Shown in pieces: positions 54,099 to 64,000 of a DNA stretch of 64,000 bases. Positions within the stretch are counted from its first letter, which is position 1, and each line of letters opens with the position of its first letter. Under the pieces are notes generated by a model. It was not told the DNA's origin. It searched no databases and was given only the letters and a program-made list of their open reading frames with translations. Origin of the DNA: Octopus vulgaris (Eukaryota); NCBI GenBank assembly GCA_951406725.2, contig OX597821.1, positions 16,864,001 to 16,928,000 on the forward strand, written 5' to 3'. The translations under genes were made by a program, and so were the position numbers.

Positions 54099-54240
54099 AT
54101 TCGCCACACGCATTCTTAGTAGCTTAGAATAGGCTTGAATTAGAGAATATTCTTTGTTGGCGTGAGAATGGCGTGAGTCCTGATTAGAAGAAGAAGAAGA
54201 AGAAGAAGCAACGGCGGTGGCAGCATGATCAGCAGCAGCT

Positions 54241-54288
<48 letters not shown>

Positions 54289-55015
54289 ATAGCAGCAGTA
54301 GCAGCCAGCCGTCACATCACTAGAGGATATGTGTAGGAATGTGATTTTTCTCAGTTCATTTACCAAGCAATGCTTGCTTACAATCGATTTTAACATATTA
54401 GAGATAAGTAAGCACAAATTAAATAAGATCTTCGCTGACCGATGATTTAACGACGGACATATGTCTAGATTTCAGTTGGTTTTAATAATCACTTTATTGT
54501 TTATTGCGATATTATATATTGTTTATTAGAAAGAGCTTTCTTTTCTTTCTTTTTATTTTTACCCTAGAGTAAAGTGTCAATTTTCTTATCGACACTAGCC
54601 TCTCTTGGCCTTCTTATTGTGTTACCATCTTGCTGATTTATAGCAAATCTCAAATGGAATATTAATGGCAAAGAAAGACTCATAAATAATTTTAATTGAC
54701 GTTCATTCTGTTCTTTTGCTTATTATTTTTATAATTTCATATTACTTCTTTCGACTTCCGTTGTGGAAAGTATAGATTGGTGTGCTAGGTTAGACGACTT
54801 TTCTTTATGCAGTATCATTCAGAAAGCAGTGATCAATATATATGAGATGGCACCCATATAATACATACGCTCTCACACATTTAAGACACACACACAAACA
54901 CATATATATATGTGTGTATGTATGCATGTATGTATGCGTGCGTGTGTTTTGTGTCTATATATACATATATGTGTGTGTTTGTGTATATATCTGCACATAC
55001 ATACATGCCTCTCCC

Positions 55016-55058
<43 letters not shown>

Positions 55059-55183
55059 CATACACACACATGCATATATAAACACATACATACATATGTT
55101 TATGTGTGTATACATATATATATATTACGTACTAGTATTATTCACAGTGAAGCTATATATATATATGTACGTGTGTATGTATA

Positions 55184-55223
<40 letters not shown>

Positions 55224-55226
<3 letters not shown>

Positions 55227-56002
55227 TAACAATATAGGGTGAAATTAATTAATTTGGAATAATCATTAATTACACCAAGTAGATCTCGGCATGTAAAAGC
55301 CTCATTCGAAGAAAGTTTAAGTAATACTAAGTAATTAAGGGTTTAGCAACGAATTGCCTCACCACACACCGAATTTAGAAATAGCAGTCAAATAGTTATA
55401 GCTATTATTTCTACTAAAAGGGAGATCCCAGTAAAAACACAGCACTTGAAACGCAAACACAGACAGGTAAGAGAGAATGAAATGACGGCAATCTATCATA
55501 CACTTTTAAGTCACCTACGGACGTACGTTTCGAAATTAAGTTTTAGGAAAGCATAAGAATTAGATAATCATGTCTTACCCAACTTCTTTTCTCATCAGCG
55601 TAGGACACTACAATTATGAATAATTGTATATTAAATTTCGAGATACTAGAAGGCATCATCTCAACTCAGTATCAGAGCGAGCTAAAGCCGTTACCAGTAT
55701 CACCAAATTCAAAGTGTGAATGAAAGTTTGTGTCACCAACCCCTTCCCACCCGCGTGTAGCCAAGACAAGATGCTGTGGTCATTTACTGGGATGAAATAT
55801 GGTTATCAGTAACAATATAGGGTGAAATTAATTAATTTGGAATAATCATTAATTACACCAAGTAGATCTCGGCATGTAAAAGCCTCATTCGAGGAAAGTT
55901 TAAGTAATACTAAGTAATTAAGGGTTTAGCAACGAATTGCCTCACCACACACCGAATTTAGAAATAGCAGTCAAAGAGTTATAGCTATTCTTTCTACTAA
56001 AA
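55224..56002 (-). mobile_element. Retrozyme-like / PLE-derived non-coding element: 583-bp unit with a 196-bp terminal direct repeat
   Basis: 55224-55419 is nearly identical to 55807-56002. Central HHR, (TA)n flanks and no ORF. Confidence 0.8.
55514..55604 (-). ncRNA. Canonical type I hammerhead ribozyme (GUC)
   Basis: CCTACG-CTGATGA-GAAA..TTTC-GAAA-C(GTAC)G-TC-CGTAGG. All core nucleotides match and stem I has 6 bp. Confidence 0.85.
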
Positions 56003-56041
56003 TGTATATATATATACATATATATACATATATATATATAC

Positions 56042-56076
<35 letters not shown>

Positions 56077-56158
56077 CATATATATATACATACATATATT
56101 TATACATATATATATGTATATATATATACACATATATATATACGTATATATATATATA

Positions 56159-56190
<32 letters not shown>

Positions 56191-56215
56191 CATATACATA
56201 TACATATATATATAC

Positions 56216-56251
<36 letters not shown>

Positions 56252-56470
56252 TTATATGTATGTATATATATATATATATACCTATATATATATGTATATG
56301 TATATGTATATATATATATGTATATATGTATGTATATATATATACGTATATATATATGTGTATATATATATACATATATATGTATAAATATATGTATGTA
56401 TATATATATGTATATATATATATGTATATATATATATATGTATATATATATATGTATATATATATGTATA

Positions 56471-56508
<38 letters not shown>

Positions 56509-57183
56509 CACACGTACATATATATAGCTTCACTGTGAATAATACTAGTACGTAATATATATATGTATACACACATAAACATATGTATGTATGTGTTTAT
56601 ATATGCATGTGTGTGTATGTATGTATGTATATATATATATATATATATATATGGGGGAGAGGCATGTATGTATGTGCAGATATATACACAAACACACACA
56701 TATATGTATATATAGACACAAAACACACGCACGCATACATACATGCATACATACACACATATATATATATATGTGTTTGTGTGTGTGTTAAATGTGTGAG
56801 AGCGTATGTATTATATGGGTGCCATCTCATATATAAAGAGAGAGAGAGAGAGAGAAAGCGAGTGAGAGAGGGAGTGAGGAAAGTGGGAGAGAGTGAGAAA
56901 TGAGAGAGAACTGAATATTCACATCAATACATTTACTATTCCTACAACCTTTACTGCGTGATATTCCGTTCATATATACGTGTAACAAACAAAAACAACA
57001 CTTGCAAGAGGGGGACCGGTGTATTTACAAATGATTACTTTTAAACTATATCAGGTATAATCAATGATTTATTAGAATTTTCATCAGATCCTTTGGGAAG
57101 GTTTAATACCACAAATCTTACGTAACTTTCAAAGATCACCAACGTATTCCATGGCCAATCGGATGTTTAGACTTTATTTTCTA

Positions 57184-57581
57184 GGTGTAGGAGTGGCTGT
57201 GTGGTAAGTAGCTTGCTTACGAACCACATGGTTCCGGGTTCAGTCCCACTGTGTGGCACCTTGGGCAAGTGTCTTCTACTATAGCCTCGGGCCGACCAAA
57301 GCCTTGTGAGTGGATTTGGTAGACGGAAACTGAAAGAAGCCCGTCGTATATATATATATATATATGTATGTGTATATGTTTGTGTATCTGTGTTTGTCCC
57401 CCCCAACATCGCTTGACAATCGATGCTGGTGTGTTTACGGCCCCGTAACTTTGCGGTTCGGCAAAAGAGACCGATAGAATAAGTACTAGGCTTACAAAGA
57501 CTAAATCCTGGGGTCGATTTGCTCGACTAAAAGGTGGTGCTCCAGCATGGCCATAGTCAAATGACTGAAACAAGTAAAAGA
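57184..57581 (+). mobile_element. SINE family A, full length, with 40-bp flanking duplication
   Basis: 57144-57183 matches 57582-57621 with one mismatch. Confidence 0.9.
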
Positions 57582-57949
57582 GTATTCCATGGCCAATCGG
57601 ATGTTTAGATTTTATTTTCTAATAAGTAAACTAACTCTATTCATCAGATCATTTTAGATACTACAAATGCCAAAAAATATTTAGTCGAGGCAAATGCAAC
57701 AACACTACTTCAATGTAGATTAACAATATCCCTGATATATCCAACTCCAGATTATCGAGTCCCATATTCCAGAATCCTAATCGTTCAATTCTAATGGTTT
57801 TCTCACGAAAGCATAATAAGTAGGAGCAATGGAACATGCAATATATTTATATGCACGGATATCAATATGCAATAACTAAATTAGCGAATTAGTGAATGCA
57901 ATAACCTAATTATATCTTCTCTTTCTGCATTGTTTATCCACGCACTTAT

Positions 57950-59360
57950 ACAGCTATAAATAATAACATATAAATATTGGGCCGAAAAACGCTTTTGGAT
58001 AGAGACGTCGAACGGTTCCATGGGCAGCCTTTGATTTTTTTCTGCCTAAAATATATTCTCTACCGAATATATACATACTATTATTCATAGCTTTGTATGT
58101 ATTTCCAGATACAATTTTAAAACAGAATTATTCTAGGTCCTGTCGAAAATTTATAAATTCTTATGACCAACTTAGTAGTTTTATAACAGAACCTCCTGAA
58201 TTCCTCTTATGAAATATGTAAATATTTTTTCTATAGAACAGAAAATTCGAGTTTGGTTTGATTTTACATCGTATATACTCTGAAATGCAGAAACAGGATT
58301 TTTCAGAGAGAACATACTTGCTATAACTCATAGTCTGAAGAGAAATTACTCCGACAAACTGAAAAAGAAACTCTTATCGGCATGTTTAGTGAACTTCACC
58401 GAACTGAATATTCATATTTTCCAAAATGCAACGTTAAACTTAGACCCCTGTACAATAGATCCAAGAAAGGAAAATATACAGTATTGGAGACTCCAACCAT
58501 TCTCTCAGGTTTAAACAACATATCACGGGTATATCCAAACTCGAAACAAGTTGGAAATATATATCAATACTGCCTAACACTACATTACAGAGGTGAATCA
58601 TTTTCCAAGCTGAATTATATAAATATAGTAACCTATATGAAGTTATATTCACTTGTAACTTTCCTTATAGCTTAATGAAGTAATTAAACACCTTTTGTTA
58701 AGTTTATTTCTTTTGAGGACAAACATTTCTTTCTTTTGAACTTTCTTAAAGTCTTCAAGGCAAATTCTGTTAAGGCCAGTTACACTTCCAGGAATAACAT
58801 TGGATTACATATATTTAATCACAACTAAAACATTATAAACATCACGTAAACAACATAACCGGAGTTCAGCTTCCCCCAAAATGTCCAAGTGTCCTTCAAA
58901 TAGAAAACAGGAGTCAGAAGAATTGCTATTGAGTGCAGGTATAGGATCGATAGACTATTGATGAAAGCGTGCACTGAGTAACTGAAAAAAACATTTAAAT
59001 TAAAGTCGTATACTAGACAGATTCATTTAGGCAGAAGAATGTACAACGCTACATCCCTTTCAAAATACATTTGGATCCTCAAAGTCAGAAAAGAAAGCCA
59101 CTCCATAACAAAAGACATAGAAATAAACGTCTAAAACGATCATGACAGTCATTGCCAACTAATGGCAACTAAAAACATTCACTAAAAAACTTGCAATAAA
59201 ACAGCAAAAGAATTTCTCTTAACCCTTTCAAGCAACGCTATAAGGACTTCAAATCTCGAAATATATTTCTGCAGTTCAGAATTTGAAATAGTAAATTTGA
59301 TTGATCTACCGTGAATCTCCAAATTACTAAGACATGAAGCACATGAAAACAGAAAAAGTT
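57950..59360 (+). pseudogene. Highly decayed Penelope-like element related to the 40186 ORF
   Basis: Fragments such as NATSLSKYIWILK (compare KATQLSNHIWSLR) and LNFTELNI..KLRPLY (compare VNFLDVSL..YKPY). Confidence 0.5.
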
Positions 59361-59547
59361 TTCTAAAAGCTTGCAGTTAATTATAAGTCGTTTAGGGATA
59401 ACTCCGCCCCATCAGGAAGACAATTACTGTATGCACTGTGTGACAGTAATTGTACCAATAAATCTAACATGAAAACCAAAATGTTATGACAAACAAATGC
59501 AGACACACACGAACATATACACACGAGACATACACATACGTTTATAC

Positions 59548-59597
<50 letters not shown>

Positions 59598-60219
59598 GAA
59601 GAATATACACATAAAAATACAAATCATATCGATGCAGATACACAGACGTATATCCATACATACCATGCATAGTGATATATATGTATATATACATTCGTGC
59701 CGTACATATATGCACACATATATAAATACATACATGCATACGAACCATACACACAACTATTATTGCAAACAGGAGACCATATTGTTTTACAAATGTTCAG
59801 ACACATGCAATACATTTTAATTACAAACGGTGCGGGTAACACGACAGAGTTAATATAATATTAAAACATAAATATATATAAATGTAAGATTAAAAATAAA
59901 CAATTACGAACGGAAAACCACCCATAAAACATCACAATAGGTAAAGTTAATTTAGTACGAAATTAATTAAGTCTCTGATTAATTTGTTAGATAAATTGAT
60001 CATCTCAAATGAAGCAAGTTTAATATTTACTTGTAAAAGTTTTTAAACTAAACAAGCATAAAAATACATACAAACATACACTCAAGCAAGCATAGCAAGC
60101 AGTACATATTTGTGAGTGTGTGTATGTATTTGTGTGTGGGGTATATGTGTACGTGTGCGTACGTATTCTGGAGCACTATCTAGATCTGTGTCTTCATGTT
60201 TTTGCATATGCACGTCTGT

Positions 60220-60258
<39 letters not shown>

Positions 60259-60362
60259 GATCAAACTACAAGGGAAATTCTCTAGAGGAAGAATTCAGCG
60301 AACACCAGAACCAACTTTGGCGAGCACAGGACATATGAAAAATTAAATAAATAACAGACTTA

Positions 60363-60438
60363 AATGCATACCTCGGTTTCGGTCTTAACAAAAGAATTAC
60401 TTGCATAATTCAAGTGTCCGTGACTTCATCAGTACATT
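60363..60438 (-). ncRNA. Type I hammerhead ribozyme (GUA), copy 1
   Basis: AATGTA-CTGATGA-aGTC..GACc-GAAA-CC(GA)GG-TA-TGCATT. Confidence 0.75.
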
Positions 60439-60908
60439 CGGTCCTCGAGATGCAAACCGCAAGACTAACCCCAGCTCTCTGTGTCAAGACAGACACGTGC
60501 TTAGTCTTACTGATTACATCGGGAATAAAATTTCAAATGTCTTGGTTCTGGCGCGCTGAGAGACTCCTGAAGCGAAGGGCTGCAGTGAATAATTCACTGC
60601 GGGTAGTGCTTACAACTAGGGAACGTATTTATTTAAATATTTAAAAATTGAGGGAGATAAATTAATATTAATTTTAATATCAATTTAAAACCAGTAGTCC
60701 AGCATTCAAAAAATCTGAGGAGTCAGAGAAAATTCAAATATATGTGTATATTGGCAGGGCTGGCCTGCTAGGTAGCCGGCCAGAATGCTAGAAGAAGATC
60801 ATCAACGATCAAACTACAAGGGAAATTCTCTAGAGGAAGAATTCAGCGAACACCAGAACCAACTTTGGCGGGCAGGACATATGAAAAATTAAATAAATAA
60901 CAGACTTA

Positions 60909-60984
60909 AATGCATACCTCGGTTTCGGTCTTAACAAAAGAATTACTTGCATAATTCAAGTGTCCATGACTTCATCAGTACATT
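60909..60984 (-). ncRNA. Type I hammerhead ribozyme (GUA), copy 2
   Basis: Same fold as copy 1, 546 nt away. Confidence 0.75.
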
Positions 60985-61163
60985 CGGTCCTCGAGATGCA
61001 AACCGCAAGACTAACCCCAACTCTCTGTGTCAAGACAGACACGTGCTTAGTCTTACTGATTACATATTTGAATTTTCTCTGACTCCTCAGATTTTTTGAA
61101 TGCTGGACTACTGGTTTTAAATTGATATTAAAATTAATATTAATTTATCTCCCTCAATTTTTA

Positions 61164-61207
<44 letters not shown>

Positions 61208-61210
<3 letters not shown>

Positions 61211-61378
61211 CGTAGGAGTGGCGGCGTGCTATGTAGCTTGCTAGCAACCACATGGTTCCGGGTTCAGTTCTACTGCGTGGCACCTTGGGCAAGTGTCTTC
61301 TACTATAGCTTCGGACCAACCTAAGCCTTGTGAGTGGGTTTGGCAGACGGAAGCTGAAAGAAGCCCGTCGTATTTATG

Positions 61379-61469
<91 letters not shown>

Positions 61470-61675
61470 TGTGTGTGGTGTGTGTATTGTGTGTGCGTAG
61501 TATATGTTTGTGATGCTGGTGTGTTTACGTCCCCGTAACTTAGCAAAAGAGACCGATAGAATAAGTACCAGGCTTACAAAGAATAAGTCCCGGGGTCGAT
61601 TTGCTTGACTAAAAGGCGGTGCTCCAGCATGGCCACAGTCAAATGACTGAAACAAGTTAAACAGTAAAATAGTAA
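61208..61675 (+). mobile_element. SINE family A
   Basis: Head, expanded (TA)n(TG)n and tail. Confidence 0.85.
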
Positions 61676-61740
61676 ATGTATACATGTATTTGTATAAATA
61701 TATATTGATATGTATCTTGTGTCGTAGTGGAGTTATTACT

Positions 61741-61838
61741 CCAATAATAATAATAATAAACCACGCCAATAATAATAATAATAAACCACGCCAATAATAA
61801 TAATAATAAACCACGCCAATAATAATAATAATAAACCA
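61741..61838. repeat. Minisatellite, about four copies of a 22-25-bp unit CCAATAATAATAATAATAAACCACG
   Basis: Seen directly. Confidence 0.9.
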
Positions 61839-62143
61839 TTCGCTTATGTTGCAAATTGTCTCACAATAATGAAGTGATATTAAACTAATGAGAGTAATTA
61901 TCCTCCGAAGACCCAACAAAATTTGTTTCGACACACGAATTCAAATCATGAGTCTTGCAAACCAATTACGATACATATTTCTATTTATATAAATATGATT
62001 CTATAACTGTTTAATCATGCACGTGAGATGCGTTTGTTAAATTTCATAAGCACAATTTGAATCTGACATAAAGTGATGCACGGCATTGTAGGGATTAGAT
62101 ATTTTTGATTTTTGAAGATGATACATGGAATACAAGATAAATA

Positions 62144-62218
<75 letters not shown>

Positions 62219-62223
<5 letters not shown>

Positions 62224-62752
62224 AAATAAGAAAATGGAGAAACACATCCTAATCAATGATCAGCTACCAGATAATACCCAATCACATAATTTATTAAACC
62301 ACTACATATGAACATTAAGATCAAACATAATAATATAGAACAAAACAATGTACATGAAAGAGTACCCACTATTGTATGGGTGTACCTCGTCTAATTTTCA
62401 TATTTAATTTAGTTTGTTCTTCATAATCTCTGAAGAGGCCTTGGGATATTTTTGTAAGTGTCTCATTTATAACTACATATTAACCTATCACACATGGCTA
62501 ATATGAGCATAATGAGGCACCCATATCTGCATGGCTGATGTAGTTTATATTTATATTTTTATTTATTTATATTCACTTATACATACTGTACTTATTGTAT
62601 CATATTACTCTTTCATGTACATTGTTTTGTTCTATATTATTATGTTTGACCTTAATGTTCATATGTAGTGGTTTAATAAATTATGTGATTGGGTATTATC
62701 TGGTAGTTGATCATTGATTAGGATGTGTTTCTCCATTTTCTTATTTTGTATA
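62219..62752 (+). mobile_element. Non-coding element with 146-bp inverted repeats and a decayed HHR in the spacer
   Basis: 62219-62364 is the reverse complement of 62606-62752. ATAATCT-CTGAAGA-GGCC..GGCT-GAtgt-AGTTTAT lies at 62423-62548. Confidence 0.7.
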
Positions 62753-62915
62753 ATTAATTTGTGTTAAAATATTTTACCTTTGCCCATATAATACAGTAAA
62801 TGAATTAACTGCATCGCAGTTCTTAACATTTATGTATTAACTTTGTTGTATATATAGCAGTATATTGGATATATGTTATCCATGGAGGGTTGCACTTGCA
62901 ACCCCTATCTCAATT

Positions 62916-62976
<61 letters not shown>

Positions 62977-62978
62977 TA

Positions 62979-63210
62979 ACTGGTACTTCGCTGGTTACGA
63001 AAAGGGTTCTAGTTGATCCGATCAACGGAACAGCGCGCTCATGGTTTTTTTTATCTCATTCTGAAAAAAATTTCCGTTGCTCCAGTCCACTCAGCTAGCA
63101 AAAATGTGTAATCCTGCGATATACCAGCGTCATGTCCAGTTGGGGAATATATTACACCATTGAAACCGAGAAACCGGCCCTATGAGACTAGCAGAAGGAA
63201 CTTTTTCCTA
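62979..63210. mobile_element. Two oppositely oriented SINE family C fragments
   Basis: 62979-63044 matches the 4286 segment. 63071-63210 has CORE-like ttgctccagtccactcagct and a tail homologous to 25505. Confidence 0.55.
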
Positions 63211-64000
63211 CATATTATAAACAGCTTAAAATTTATAACCATTTGTACATGTGAAAGAGTGGCGTTAGAAATCGCTGCACAATCAATGGCACGAGAAACA
63301 GCTGCATGTGATACAATGAAACTGGAGAATCTAGAGAAGATTAATGGTTTAATAATCATTATGCTTGGTCAGAACTCAGCATTCTTCTGCAGCTAATTGA
63401 AAATTATTTCAATGCTGTACTAGCGGCATCGTTGAAGCGTACTTCGGCAGTGGGGAAATCGTCTTTGACAAGTTACTCCGGTGAATATAACCCAGGTTTT
63501 AACATCATTACTACTTCACTAAATTTAAAATATATGCTCTGGTAGGAAGAGAATCGGAACATGTGTGACTGTAGATGAATGTTATGGATCGAAGCGTATA
63601 AATAGATTTTGAAAAGAAGTTTGAGGTTTCGTGATATATTGCAGTAATTAAGATATTTTATAGCATAACTCAAGCTCATATTACGAAACCTTTTATAAAT
63701 ACTTGCGACTAATTCCCATTGCCAATCTCGTATTGGTACTGAGCTAAGATGGCCATATGAAATGGTCGTGTGGTAAGAAAGTGTTGTGAGTGTCACTAAC
63801 GTTGGAAAGAGTGTGGGGCGCGAAGGTAACAGCATACTCTACTTTCAACTACGATGCAGAAACATGGATTTGTATCTAGATGGACCATGCGCAGCAGGCT
63901 TAAGAAGCCAAGCAAAAAGTTATTTGTGAAATAGCAACTGTTTTATATTGGATATAATAAAAAACATGTGAAAGGAGCAGCAAAGAAGGGGTGGCGGAGT

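Larger units (their letters stand above)
54836..56835. repeat. Inverted duplication of about 350 bp of flanking DNA around the HHR element
   Basis: 54836-55190 is the reverse complement of about 56500-56835. Unique markers: gagatggcaccc, gcctctccccc and tactagtattattcacagtgaagc. Confidence 0.9.
60257..61166 (-). mobile_element. Retrozyme-like element: about 1.5 copies of a 546-548-bp unit with two hammerheads and an inverted terminal segment
   Basis: 60257-60519 matches 60805-61065. 61064-61166 is the reverse complement of 60639-60741. (TA)n on both sides. Confidence 0.85.

Noticed and set aside
61741-61838. Regularly spaced short repeats that could be mistaken for a CRISPR array
   Set aside because: There are no unique spacers or cas genes; it is an AAT-derived minisatellite in eukaryotic DNA.
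63300-63850. Possible DNA transposase relic (ORF 63473..63835 and surroundings)
   Set aside because: No recognisable catalytic motifs or termini.

Overview
AT-rich, microsatellite-saturated eukaryotic DNA. The repeat families resemble coleoid cephalopod (Octopus-like) ones; this is an inference from SINE/LINE content. No host protein-coding gene, rRNA, CRISPR array or convincing tRNA gene is recognisable, and almost all short ORFs in the track are translations of (TA)n, (TG)n or (AAT)n repeats. The window is made of mobile elements and relics: Tc1/mariner fragments, a non-autonomous Helitron, R4/Dong-like LINEs in (TAA)n, CR1-like LINEs, three tRNA-derived SINE families and several Penelope-like elements (PLEs), one with a 456-aa RT + GIY-YIG ORF. 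The main unexplained signal is about ten non-coding or PLE-terminal elements, mostly next to (TA)n. They carry type I hammerhead ribozyme (HHR) folds with tiny stem III and show direct and/or inverted partial self-duplication. Examples are a two-hammerhead 546-nt retrozyme-like unit (60257-61166), a canonical GUC hammerhead in a 583-bp unit flanked by an inverted duplication of host DNA (54836-56835), and a fold-back element whose core has a compensatory G3-C8 swap (32105-32430). All folds were paired by eye and none has been tested for activity.
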